Source: Azolla caroliniana (lineage: Eukaryota > Plantae > Polypodiophyta). Taken from it: a stretch of DNA of 64,000 bases. The translations under genes and the position numbers were made by a program. Under the pieces are notes generated by a model. The model saw nothing but the letters and a program-made list of their open reading frames with translations. It was not told the DNA's origin and made no database searches. Below, one piece after another: positions 38,501 to 48,953 of this stretch (position 1 is its first letter; each line of letters begins with the position of its first letter). Location of the stretch: the NCBI GenBank assembly GCA_043228905.1, contig JBHGNT010000007.1, positions 13,764,001 to 13,828,000 of the forward strand. Reading direction: 5' to 3'.

Positions 38501-39474
38501 TTATAACATCCCATTGGCAATGTCTTCAAATCGCCTATAAACAGCTAAGTTCTTGCTGGTTAGTGGAACTTCTCTACATATATGATCTGCATACCGAGCT
38601 CGATATGGAGTCCACAACCATGCAATTAGTTGGCAGCTCAATGTTTTCACCAAGTAGTGTTTAGGGATTTCCTCGGGTAGAATGAGACAACATTTGCGAA
38701 TGTTGAAGTAATGTCGGAAATGTTCTATATCCAGAATCAATGTATTGTCAGCATTATAATCTGGCCAAGTAGCCCAAAAATCAGAAAGTCTTTTGAATCT
38801 TGCAACATCCTTCTGCTCACATTTCTCTCGTGTCCACTGACCCTTGAAATGTTGTCGCCACTTCGGGAAGAATCTTTCTACACACTTCCACACATCTGTA
38901 TGTGGTTTTTCACTCCAAATAAACAAATCAAAGTATTGCACATCCCACTGTAGAAATTGATTTGCGTCCCTCCTTGGTGTCATATATCGCACACTCATCA
39001 GGACTTTCTCAAAGCTCCAAGATCAAGGCTCTTCTTTCACCTTCTAATGGTTTAGGTTTCCATTCCTATAACTGAGCCTCTATTACACCAATTACTGGTA
39101 GCACACGATCAATTTCAATCGACTCAGGTTCTGTCGACACAATTGGTGTCCTTTTCCTCTTCAAACCCCTGGTCGACTGTGTTGGGCCTGGCTTCACATT
39201 CTAGTGCTCTTGTATTGTCGACTTAGTGATTAGCTCGGTGCATGTAGATACTGATCTGGTCGATATCAGCCCACTAGTATCACATGTTGCATCTACCTGC
39301 AAAATCCGATCAACTGTGCAACATGCTTGATCAACTTGCGTGACCAGATCATTTGTGTCAATTGCTACATCTACTTTCAAGATGTGGCCCTCTAAACACG
39401 CCGCAACATCAACAGTTTCCACACTGCCATCGGCCTTAGGAGCAATAGATTCAAACCCTTTAGACTCTACAACT
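38501..39474 (-). pseudogene. Last exon of the accessory gene: FCP1/NIF-like HAD phosphatase domain with degenerate motif I
   Basis: RRALILE(L)EKVL...PRRDANQFLQW...FDLFIWS...WTREKC...FKRLSDFW...YNADNTLILD follows the FCP1-homology pattern; two stops and one frameshift. Confidence 0.65.
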
Positions 39475-39599
39475 TCAGAAAACACCAACATGTTCACACT
39501 CACAAAGTAACTAATAGTCTCACAAAACAACATAATGAACATGAAATATTTTCCATCATAGAACTATCATGGATGAACAAGAACAACATGAACATAATT

Positions 39600-40304
39600 T
39601 GTTGAGAATCGACGCTCCGATTCACCTTCACCACTCGGCCACAACCGAGGAAACACAAGAATCGTTGTTGCAGAGAATGGGAAGTACACAGAAAGACACG
39701 ATAACACAGGGATTAACGTGGAAAACCCTATACGGGAAAAAACCACGGGAGTGCAAGACTCCAAACCAAAACTATGCACAGAGAAATATACAATGGCGAG
39801 CTGCAAGGCGACGACCCTGAGCTCGCTATCCTCGCCACAGGCGGCGGTATTACACAGAGGCGTCGACCTCTTCCTCTCTCACGCTCTATCTCTCTCTCGG
39901 CTGCTCTCTCTTCACTCCTCTTGAGTGGAAAAAATAGAAAAATGAGTAGCAACAACACAAACTGTTTGCCCTAAGTCATATTTATACACATATGACTTTT
40001 CGGGCTATTTACAAATAGAGCCTCAAGGGCTCTCAGCAAACATATTCACAAATGTGTCCCCGCATCCGGATCTCTCTCTGGGTATCTTCATCATCCGGCT
40101 CCGTAACCGGGGTCTTCATCATCCGGCTCCGTAACCGGGGTTTTCATCATCCGGCTCCGTAGCCGGGGTCTTCATCATCCGGCTCCGTAACCGGGGTTTT
40201 CATCATCCGGCTCCGTAGCCGGGGTCTTCATCATCCGGCTCCGTAACCGGGGTTGCCGTCATTTATCTCCGGACATCCCATCCGGAGGGACCGAAATCCC
40301 AACA
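39600..40304 (-). repeat. 3' LTR of G
   Basis: Direct repeat of 44414-45115. Confidence 0.96.
40085..40252. repeat. 28-bp tandem repeat x6 in U3 of G (second copy 44896-45063)
   Basis: Unit TCTTCATCATCCGGCTCCGTAACCGGGG. Confidence 0.92.
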
Positions 40305-40314
40305 AACTCCCCCT

Positions 40315-43300
40315 TCACTTCGGCATGGGATGTCTCTCCAATCCAATCCTCTTCCGGCATGCTTCCAGCTTGTCGGGTGTGAGTACTTTGGTCAGCATAT
40401 CTGACCCGTTCTCGTCCGTGTGGATCTTCGTCAGCACAAACTCCTTGTCTTCTATCCTTTCCCGGATCCAGTGGTATCTACGCTGGATGTGTTTCGTCCG
40501 GGAATGGTAGGCAGCGTTCTTTGCAAGGTGGATGGCACTCTGACTGTCGCAGTAGAGTCGGTACTCCTCCTGCCGGATACCGAGCTCTCTAATGAGGTCC
40601 TTCATCCATATTATTTCCTTGCCGGCTTCAACAGCCGCCATGTACTCCGCCTCCGTGGTTGACAACGCAACCGTCTTCTGCAGCCTCGACTGCCAGGAAA
40701 CAGCTCCCCCTGCATACGTCATCACATACCCTGATGTGGACCGGCTGGTATCTGCATCAGCCGACATATCCGAATCGGTGAAGCCGTCGAGTTCGGGTTT
40801 ACCGGAGCCGAATCGGATGCACACGTTTGCTGTGCCCTTCAGGTATCGGAGTATCCACTTGGCCGCGTTCCAATGCTCTTTGCCGGGATTGCTCATGTAC
40901 CGGCTCACCACTCCGACTGCATATCCTATGTCCGGTCTCGTACACACCATGGCGTACATCAAGCTCCCGACGGCTGAGGCATACGACACTTTCATCATAT
41001 CCTCCTTTTCAGCCTTTGTCTTGGGACTTTGCTTGTTGGACAGCTTGCAGTTTGCCGGGAGAGTCGACCCGACTGGTCTTGCTTCCGACATGTTGAACCG
41101 TTGAAGCACCTTTGTCACGTACTTCTCCTGTGACAGCCACAACTGCTTCTTCTTCCGGTCTCGGATGATGTGCATCCCTAGTATTTGCCTCGCCGGACCC
41201 AGGTCTTTCATTGAGAAGGTTCGGTGAAGAGCCTTCTTCAGCATCCGTATCTTGACCTGGTCCCGTCCGACGATCAACATGTCGTCCACGTACAGGAGGA
41301 GTATTAGAAAGTCTCCTCCTTCGAACTTCTTCACAAACACGCAGTGATCGGACTGCATTTTGTGGTACCCTTCGTCGGTCATGAAGGAGTCGAACTTCCG
41401 GTACCACTGCCGGGGAGCCTGCTTCAGACCGTAAAGGCTCTTCTTCAACCGGCATACCAGGTGCTCCTTCCCTTTCTTCTCGAATCCTTCCGGTTGCTGC
41501 ATGTAGATCTCTTCGTCGAGGTCCCCGTGAAGGAATGCCGTCTTCACGTCCATCTGTTCTACCTTGAGGTCCATGCTTGCCGCTATGCTCAGCACCGTCC
41601 GGATGGAGGTCATCTTCACTACCGGGGCAAATATCTCGTCGAAGTCGACGCCCTTCTTCTGCTGGAACCCCTTCACCACGATCCTGGCTTTGTATCTCGG
41701 GGGGTTTCCGGCATCTCCCGGTTTCAGCTTGAACACCCACTTGTTTCGAAGTGCCCGCTTTCCTTTCGGCAACTCCACAAGTTCATATGTGTGGTTCTCA
41801 TGCAGGGAATCCATCTCCTCCTGCATGGCACTTAACCACCTGCGGCTATGGGTGTCATGCTTCGCTTCTTCAAAGCTCTCCGGCTCCCCCTCGTCGGTTA
41901 GCAGCACGTGCTCTGGTTCCGGAAATCTCCGGGGGGCCCTTCTCTCTCTTAGAGGATATCTCCGTTCCGGAGCTTCGGTAACCGGTTCTTCCGATTCTTC
42001 TTCATCCGAATCCATTTCGGGATCGGGGCCGGTTCCGGTATCATTTTCATCTTCTTCGGCCGGTTCTGTTTCTACACCGTCTTCGGCCGGATCTTCGAGT
42101 GTTAACCGGTCCCTTGCCGGTCGGGACTGCTCCTCGTAGAGTTTATCCTCACCGGTCGACTTGGAGCTCTTCATCTTCTTCTCCGACTCCCAGTCGGCGA
42201 GTGTCTTGTCCTCCATGAAGATGATATCTCGACTCCTGAATATCTTCTTGTCGACCGGGTCCCATACTCGGTAGCCGAACTCGTCGTTGCCGTAACCGAG
42301 GAATATGCATGGCCGGGTCTTTGGATCTAGCTTTCCTCTCCGGTCCTTTGCCACATGCACATATACTAGACACCCGAACACCTTCAGATGCCGGTAGGAT
42401 ACTTCCTTACCGGTCCACACTCTCTGTGGCGTGTCTCCGTCCAAAGGTACTGAGGGTGATCTGTTTATCACGTATGTCGCCGTCGACATTGCCTCAGCCC
42501 AAAATCCCTTGGGTAATTTCGCATGTGCCAGCATACTCCGGACCCTCTCCATTATGGTCCGGTTCATCCTCTCGGCCAGCCCGTTCAGTTCCGGCGTCTT
42601 CGGCACAGTAAACTCGAGCCGGATTCCCTTCGAGCGACAGTACTCTGCGAACTGCCCCCGGTATTCCCCTCCGTTATCCGCTCGTATCGCTTTCAGCTTC
42701 TTGCCGGATTCTCTTTCCACTCTTGCGTGGAGTTCTTTGAAGACGGACAATACTTGATCCTTTGTCTTCAACGGTGCCGTCCACAGCTTCCGGCTGTGGT
42801 CATCTATGAATGTTACGAAGTACTGGGCTCCGCCATGTGACTTCGTTTCTACCTGACACACATCAGTGTGCACCAACTCCAATGGTGCACTACGTCTCGT
42901 CGGTGGCCTTGAGTGGAAGGAGGTTCGGCTCTGTTTACCGGCCAGGCAATCGGTGCACTTCTCCAGGTGCACATGCTTCACTGGAATGAGGTTGTCTTCT
43001 GCAAGCCTCTTCATCCCCTTCTCACTCATGTGGCACAGTCTTTTGTGCCACAGCTCACCGGCAGTGTCGGCTGCCACGTTCAGCTCTTCCGGACATAGCC
43101 GGGAATTCATCAGGTACAACGTGTTGATCTTCCGGGCCCGAGCCACTATCAGGCTCCCTTTGCTGAACTTCATGACACCGTTCCAGATGCTACCCGTGTA
43201 GCCTTCATCGTCTAGCCTCCCGGCCGAAATCAGGTTCAATCGAACCTCCAGAACGTGTCGAACATCCTTCAGCAGCATCTTGCATCCGGTTGATGTCATC

Positions 43301-44400
43301 AGCCACACGTCTCCTATGCCGGCAATCCGGCATGTGCCTTCATTTCCCATCCGGACACAGCCGTGCTCACCGGCTGTGTAGGATGAGAAGTATTTCTTCT
43401 CCGGGGTCAGGTGGAACGACGCTCCGGAATCGACCACCCAGGTCATCTCTACACCGGCAAGGTTCAACTCCCTCTCTTCGGTAATGAGCATTATCTCTTC
43501 TTCACTTGCCGCGAGTGCCGTCGTTCCTTTCCAGTCCTGCCCTCGCCGATCCGGACCTCTCCGGTCCGTGGCTCCCCGGTATGCACCGTTTCTCTCCGGT
43601 GACTTCTTCGAATCGGTGTCGTCGGCTCCGTTGTCCTTTCGGTAATGCCGACAATTCTTCCGGAAGTGCCCCGGCTTCCCACAGTGGAAGCATGTGGGTC
43701 TTCCTCTTGACTGCGACCGGGTCCCCGACTTCTCCCGTCTTTGCGGACTCCGGTTCCATTGTCTTCCCCGTTCCGATTCGGTAAGCAGCGCCTTCGAGTC
43801 GGTGGCCGGTTCTTTATCTCTCCGACGCGCTTCTTCATTTAGAATACTTGTCTTTACCGTTTGTAGAGACAAGTTATCTTCGGTGCAGGAGGTGCTGAGA
43901 GTCACCACCAAGTTCTCCCAGCTTTCCGGCAATGTACACATCAGAATGATGGCTTGCATTGCATCCTCCAACGGGAACTTGATCGCCGCAAGTTGGTTCA
44001 CGAATCCCATGAACGTGCTTACGTGTTCCACCATACTCTCGCCGTCCCGGTACTTGAGGTTCACTATCTTCCTCATCAGTGAGGTCCGGTTCAACGCATT
44101 CTTCCTCTCGTAGAGGCCCGACAGCTTCCGCCACATCTCATATGCGTTGGTGTCGTCCGCCACATGTTGTAGAACGCTCACGTCGACGTATTGCCGAATG
44201 GTTGCAACGGCTTTCCGGTTCAGAAGCCTCCATTCCGACTCAAGTACCCCCTTCGGTATTTCCGACCTGTCAATCGGTTCGTACAGGTCCCGAACAATCA
44301 GAAGATCCTCCATCTTGATCTTCCAGTCGGCGTAATTCTGCGCATTCAGCACCATCATCCCCGGCTGCCCGCTGCCGCCGCCTTCCATTTTCTGCAGCAA
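40315..44400 (-). CDS. gag-pol: Copia G gag-pol polyprotein, uninterrupted (probable ATG at 44388)
   Basis: 1361-aa ORF: CFHCGKPGHFRKNC, VDSGAS, HKRLCH...CTDC, D-D-E integrase, YVDD, DSDMS...EAEY...CDSQSA. Confidence 0.97.
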   Translation of the reverse strand: MLQKMEGGGSGQPGMMVLNAQNYADWKIKMEDLLIVRDLYEPIDRSEIPKGVLESEWRLLNRKAVATIRQYVDVSVLQHVADDTNAYEMWRKLSGLYERKNALNRTSLMRKIVNLKYRDGESMVEHVSTFMGFVNQLAAIKFPLEDAMQAIILMCTLPESWENLVVTLSTSCTEDNLSLQTVKTSILNEEARRRDKEPATDSKALLTESERGRQWNRSPQRREKSGTRSQSRGRPTCFHCGKPGHFRKNCRHYRKDNGADDTDSKKSPERNGAYRGATDRRGPDRRGQDWKGTTALAASEEEIMLITEERELNLAGVEMTWVVDSGASFHLTPEKKYFSSYTAGEHGCVRMGNEGTCRIAGIGDVWLMTSTGCKMLLKDVRHVLEVRLNLISAGRLDDEGYTGSIWNGVMKFSKGSLIVARARKINTLYLMNSRLCPEELNVAADTAGELWHKRLCHMSEKGMKRLAEDNLIPVKHVHLEKCTDCLAGKQSRTSFHSRPPTRRSAPLELVHTDVCQVETKSHGGAQYFVTFIDDHSRKLWTAPLKTKDQVLSVFKELHARVERESGKKLKAIRADNGGEYRGQFAEYCRSKGIRLEFTVPKTPELNGLAERMNRTIMERVRSMLAHAKLPKGFWAEAMSTATYVINRSPSVPLDGDTPQRVWTGKEVSYRHLKVFGCLVYVHVAKDRRGKLDPKTRPCIFLGYGNDEFGYRVWDPVDKKIFRSRDIIFMEDKTLADWESEKKMKSSKSTGEDKLYEEQSRPARDRLTLEDPAEDGVETEPAEEDENDTGTGPDPEMDSDEEESEEPVTEAPERRYPLRERRAPRRFPEPEHVLLTDEGEPESFEEAKHDTHSRRWLSAMQEEMDSLHENHTYELVELPKGKRALRNKWVFKLKPGDAGNPPRYKARIVVKGFQQKKGVDFDEIFAPVVKMTSIRTVLSIAASMDLKVEQMDVKTAFLHGDLDEEIYMQQPEGFEKKGKEHLVCRLKKSLYGLKQAPRQWYRKFDSFMTDEGYHKMQSDHCVFVKKFEGGDFLILLLYVDDMLIVGRDQVKIRMLKKALHRTFSMKDLGPARQILGMHIIRDRKKKQLWLSQEKYVTKVLQRFNMSEARPVGSTLPANCKLSNKQSPKTKAEKEDMMKVSYASAVGSLMYAMVCTRPDIGYAVGVVSRYMSNPGKEHWNAAKWILRYLKGTANVCIRFGSGKPELDGFTDSDMSADADTSRSTSGYVMTYAGGAVSWQSRLQKTVALSTTEAEYMAAVEAGKEIIWMKDLIRELGIRQEEYRLYCDSQSAIHLAKNAAYHSRTKHIQRRYHWIRERIEDKEFVLTKIHTDENGSDMLTKVLTPDKLEACRKRIGLERHPMPK

Positions 44401-44413
44401 CTCGCTCTGATAC

Positions 44414-45115
44414 GTTGAGAATCAACGCTCCGATTCGCCTTCGCCGCTCGGCCACAACCGAGAAATCTCGAATCAATGCAGCAGAAAATAGGAAACACAG
44501 AGAAAGACACGATAACACAGGGATTAACGTGGAAAACCCTATACGGGAAAAAACCACGGGAGTGCAAGACTCCAAACCAAAACTATGCACAGAGAAATAT
44601 ACAATGGCGAGCTGCAAGGCGACGACCCTGAGCTCGCTATCCTCGCCACAGGCGGCGGTATTACACAGAGGCGTCGACCTCTTCCTCTCTCACGCTCTAT
44701 CTCTCTCTCGGCTGCTCTCTCTTCACTCCTCTTGAGTGGAAAAAACAGAAAAATGAGTAGCAACAACACAAACTATTTGCCCTAAGTCATATTTATACAC
44801 ATATGACTTTTCGGGCTATTTACAAATAGAGCCTCAAGGGCTCTCAGCAAACATATTCACAAATGTGTCCCCGCATCCGGATCTCTCTCTGGGTATCTTC
44901 ATCATCCGGCTCCGTAACCGGGGTCTTCATCATCCGGCTCCGTAACCGGGGTTTTCATCATCCGGCTCCGTAGCCGGGGTCTTCATCATCCGGCTCCGTA
45001 ACCGGGGTTTTCATCATCCGGCTCCGTAGCCGGGGTCTTCATCATCCGGCTCCGTAACCGGGGTTGCCGTCATTTATCTCCGGACATCCCATCCGGAGGG
45101 ACCGAAATCCCAACA
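44414..45115 (-). repeat. 5' LTR of G, terminal A missing and fused to a truncated PBS
   Basis: Minus strand reads TCTCAAC|GTATCAGAGC instead of TCTCAACA..TGGTATCAGAGC. Confidence 0.93.
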
Positions 45116-45249
45116 TAATTATCTTGGAGAAACATCATAGAGTTCCATTACATAATGTGGATCAAGCAACAACCAATCTAAGGTTTTACTTGTCCAAATA
45201 GATAATAGTAAAACTTCATAAAACCCTAGGAAAATTGCTAACAATCATA

Positions 45250-45788
45250 TCCTACTAATAAGTATTTTGCTCCAATTCGAGAGCCCCTTGACCGAGTAAC
45301 TAGTCTTGTCCCCGATTGTGGCCCCTTCTTCAGTCTTTTTCTAGCCGGTTGCCCATTTAACCTTGCTTCTTTCACCCATTGCGCAAGTGTGTCCTCCTCC
45401 GACAACCTTTCCATCACCTCAGCTATGGCTTGCACGTCCACCGTGTCTTGCGCTAGCTTTTCCAGTATAGTGGAATCTATTTGGACATTATTAGTAGTTG
45501 GGCTCGGTGGGGTGGAATCAAGGTTATGGGATTTGAAGAAATGTTGCATCAAGTGTTCAAAAACATTGTTGTTGTGAACCTCATATTTACATGTTGTTTC
45601 CAATATTTTATGGCTTTTCACATCATTGCCTAATTCAGTACAATCTTCTAAAAGAATAGGGTGGACCTGATCTGAAGGAGATGTGATAGCAGAACTCTTA
45701 CTTTCAGCCACGTTGGAAGCTATCTCCTCATCGGTTGTAGCGTCATCAGCACCGAACACCTCATGCGCCCTCCTTAATCCGCAAGATT
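45250..45788 (-). pseudogene. Middle exon of the accessory gene (low complexity, basic PARKRLKK NLS-like)
   Basis: ORF 45238-45759 extends to acceptor TTGTAG|45788 and joins the RING exon in frame (KLT-E-SCG). Confidence 0.6.
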
Positions 45789-45799
45789 CTACAACAACA

Positions 45800-46495
45800 T
45801 GGTAGCTAATTAGCTACTCATCTACATCTTAGCTAACTATCTATTCTTCTAGACTATGATAGTAGCTAATTAGCTACCAATGATCTAATTAGCTACTTCC
45901 GTTAGGTATGGTACTAACTAATTAGCGGTAGCTAATTAGCTACTATACTAAACTATGGTAGTAGCTAATTAGCTACCACTTAGCTAATTAGCTACTTAGC
46001 TAAAGTATGGGAGTAGCTAATTAGCTACAGTGGTAGCTAATTAGCTACTGTACTAAACTATGGTAGTAGCTAATTGGCTACCACTTAGCTAATTAGCTAT
46101 TCAGCTAAAGTATGGTAGTAGCTAATTAACTACCACTTAGCTAATTAGTTACTCAACTAAACTATGGTAATAGCTAATTAGTGACTCAGCTAAAGTATGG
46201 TAGTAGCTAATTAGCTACCACTTAGCTAATTAGTTACTCAACTAAACTATGGTAGTAGCTAATTAGCTACCACTTAGCTAATTAGGTAATGTACTAAACT
46301 ATGGTAGTAGCTAATTGGCTACCACTTAGCTAATTACCTACTCAACTAAAGTATGGTAGTAGCTAATTAGCTACCACTTAGCTAATTAACTACATGTTAG
46401 CTAATTAGCTACTACACTACAACCATACCAGCTAAATAGTTTCCACACTTTATACGGCTTACCTAATTAGCAAAGATGTAACTAATTAGCTACAC
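45800..46495. repeat. Array of the palindrome TAGCTAATTAGCTA, 52-bp higher-order unit, intronic
   Basis: More than 20 copies; units start at 46204, 46256 and 46308. Confidence 0.95.
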
Positions 46496-46519
46496 TATGG
46501 TCACAAGCAACAATTTTAC

Positions 46520-46792
46520 CTGTTAGTTTTCTCCACTCATCTAGGAGAGATGTACTGCAATCCCCCAAACAGAATGCAGCAATGCGACAAGCATATTGCA
46601 AGCAAACAATATGGTATGTGTGCTTGCATGGTTGTAGGTGTACCAACAGAGTAGTAGATTTGTCCTCTACACGTAATCCGCAAGCGATGCAACGTGCTTG
46701 AACAATCAATATATCGTTTCCTGGTTCTCCTTCATTTGGTAAGGGAGCAAGAATGTTCAGGTCCAATTCTTGTTTGCTCCTTACAATCCCCT
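46520..46792 (-). pseudogene. RING-H2 finger exon of the accessory gene
   Basis: CIAC...CKHTYHIVC...CLGDC, bounded by AG and GT sites, both phase 1. Confidence 0.72.
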
Positions 46793-47315
46793 CTACAAAA
46801 TGTAGCTACTTCTTAAGGTAGCTAACTACTTGTTCTTGACGGGAGTATTGTTCCTTCAACGCAGCCGTGAAATTTACCGATTAATTATTCCTTAATGAGG
46901 AAGATACAACAACAAGAAACAAGAATCATTAACTTACTTGTAGCTTGTCCAAATTGTAATCAACAACAATATTTACACCTAGAAGGTCAAGGTTCATTGA
47001 AAGAACCTGGATCTCTATCTGCAGTTGAAATTTTCACTGGGGATCTAGCGACCCCTCAATCTCAAGCTCATGTTGAGCAACCTATTCCAGATAATGCCTC
47101 ACTAGCACATTTTCATGTACAAGTTATTTATAACATATTGCATACTAGCAAAACAATAGGTACCTGAATCTTATTTCTTATTGTTGTAACTGACAAAGTG
47201 ACTTTGCTCTCCATCGCAGCAACCAATGTTGCTTTCTCTAAATCAGTCTTAAAAACTCCAATGTCTCACAGGCTTCATGGACATTTTTTAGCATATAGCT
47301 AATCAATGTCTCACC

Positions 47316-48013
47316 TGTATCATCAACATTGGCTTTCACTGTGCGTCGGTGTGGTGTATACTTGCGGCTTTGTTGGGAGTTGGCAGTGTATCATCAATTG
47401 CCATGCTCCAAAATCTTGCCAGTTTTTGTTGCAAGCTCCCCATCTTCCAGCATCTTTCTACTGATGCCTCACCATAAATTGCCCAAGCTACCCTATACAT
47501 TTTAGGGTCACGGGATTCCTTCTTTGTTTTGCAATACTAGTATGCAAAAGCTCTGGCAAATGAAACGGACCAAAATCTTGCCAGTTTTTGTTGCAAGCTC
47601 CCCATCTTCCAGCATCTTTCTACTGATGCCTCACCATAAATTGCCCAAGCTACCCTATACATTTTAGGGTCACGGGATTCCTTCTTTGTTTTGCAATACT
47701 AGTATGCAAAAGCTCTGGCAAATGAAACGGACAACTCGTTGTTGACCGGGATCTCTTGATGTAGTTTCTGGTGCAGTTTCATGGAGTCGTCGTACAGGTC
47801 GTACTTGCTTGAGCTTGAGCTTGCATTTCACTCTAGGCACTTTATATACTGATCACTAATCAATCTATCCAGTCTACATCACCAATCAATCTATCTATGA
47901 GAATAGCAAGGTCAATACCCTCGAGCGACAGACCATATATGTTGTGAAAGTCCTCCTTTGTCTTGCAAAATTTTGTGAAGTTTAGCACTCTAGGATAGGG
48001 AGGAACGAGCCAC
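47316..48013 (-). pseudogene. N-terminal exon of the accessory gene (unknown domain, ...SVSFARAFAY*...YRVAWAIYGE)
   Basis: Acceptor TTTCAG|G near 48013, donor CAG|GTGAG near 47315; coding-like frame with stops. Confidence 0.45.
47408..47731. repeat. Perfect 162-bp tandem duplication
   Basis: 47408-47569 equals 47570-47731. Confidence 0.93.
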
Positions 48014-48223
48014 CTGAAATAGAAAATCAGTAATCAGAATTGGTGCAAAAACAGAATTTTTAATGTGAATTTGGTGCAAATTTACAACACTTTGAGACAG
48101 TAATCTGAAATTTGTAATCTGTCCTTTTTAACATGTATCAGAAATCAACCACTTAAAAATTCAGAAATCGTAATCAGAATTTGTCATGAGAATTGGTGCA
48201 AAATTACAACACATTGCGACAGT

Positions 48224-48296
48224 AATTAGAAATTTGTAATTAGAAATTTGTAATCAGAAATTTGTAATCAGAAATTTGTAATCAGAAATTTGTAAC
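48224..48296. repeat. 14-bp tandem repeat AGAAATTTGTAATY x5
   Basis: Direct inspection; degenerate copies extend back to about 48030. Confidence 0.85.
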
Positions 48297-48855
48297 CATA
48301 AACTTATAATCTGAAACCCTAAACCACTTAAGGAAAAACACAAACCTTAATCATCACTAAAGGCAGAAATGAACCGTAATACGAAATTCTGTTAATCAGA
48401 AACACACCTGCTGCTACATCCCGATCTTCGAGACATCCTTGTTTGGGATTCCAATGACTTCGTCCTATTCGATTTTTGGGAAAGATGAATAGGCACCAAA
48501 GTTACAGTCAGTTATCAGAAAGGAAAAAAAAAGTTCTTTTAATATGTAACTGATACATACCTGGATGAGAATCGAACTGGTCATGTGTTGTAGCTCTGAC
48601 GATGCAATGTCAATCTCAGAGTTTTTGTGCTACTACAAGAGTTTCGTCTACATTTGTGCTCAGAGTACTCCATCTGTTTGGAGTTCAAACTCGAACTCAA
48701 GATTATCAAGAATTTGATGGCATTCAAGTCGACCTTAGGTGATGGCACTAATCCCCAAAGTTCAAATATTTGAGTATTCTCATAAATTAAATGGCATGTA
48801 TTTAACTAATAAAACATAAAATTTCGTAAACCATCCTTATGATTTGCCCACAAAA

Positions 48856-48936
48856 AGCTAGCTAAACAAATAGCTAATTAGTTGTGGTCATTTTAGTAGC
48901 TAATTAGCTGTGGCCATTTTAGTAGCTAATTAGCTA
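48856..48936. repeat. Subterminal TAGCTAATTAG copies at the right end of the putative DNA transposon
   Basis: 3-4 copies within 100 bp of the junction at 48953. Confidence 0.8.
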
Positions 48937-48953
48937 TAATAGTGTTTCTACTC

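Larger units (their letters stand above)
39600..45115 (-). mobile_element. Ty1/Copia element G (Tnt1/Tork-like), young, full length
   Basis: TSD TAATT (39595-39599 and 45116-45120); LTRs 39600-40304 and 44414-45115; PPT 40305-40320. Confidence 0.97.
37536..48953. mobile_element. Putative left-truncated DNA transposon with two convergent genes (hosts Copia G)
   Basis: Transposase-like C-terminus (+), spliced accessory pseudogene (-), TAGCTAATTAGCTA repeats internally and at the right end, sharp junction into Copia RT at ...TTTCTACTC|48954. Confidence 0.55.

Noticed and set aside
40085-40252. 28-bp repeats resembling a CRISPR array
   Set aside because: Head-to-tail with no spacers, present in both LTRs of G, and no cas genes; eukaryotic context.
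45800-46495. Palindromic array as CRISPR
   Set aside because: The intervening sequences are themselves repeated (52-bp unit), not unique spacers.
48940-48944. CACTA terminus (TAGTG) for the DNA transposon
   Set aside because: It leaves 9 nt unexplained before Copia homology resumes, and no Tnp2-like sequence was seen. Disfavoured but not excluded, since the left end is missing.
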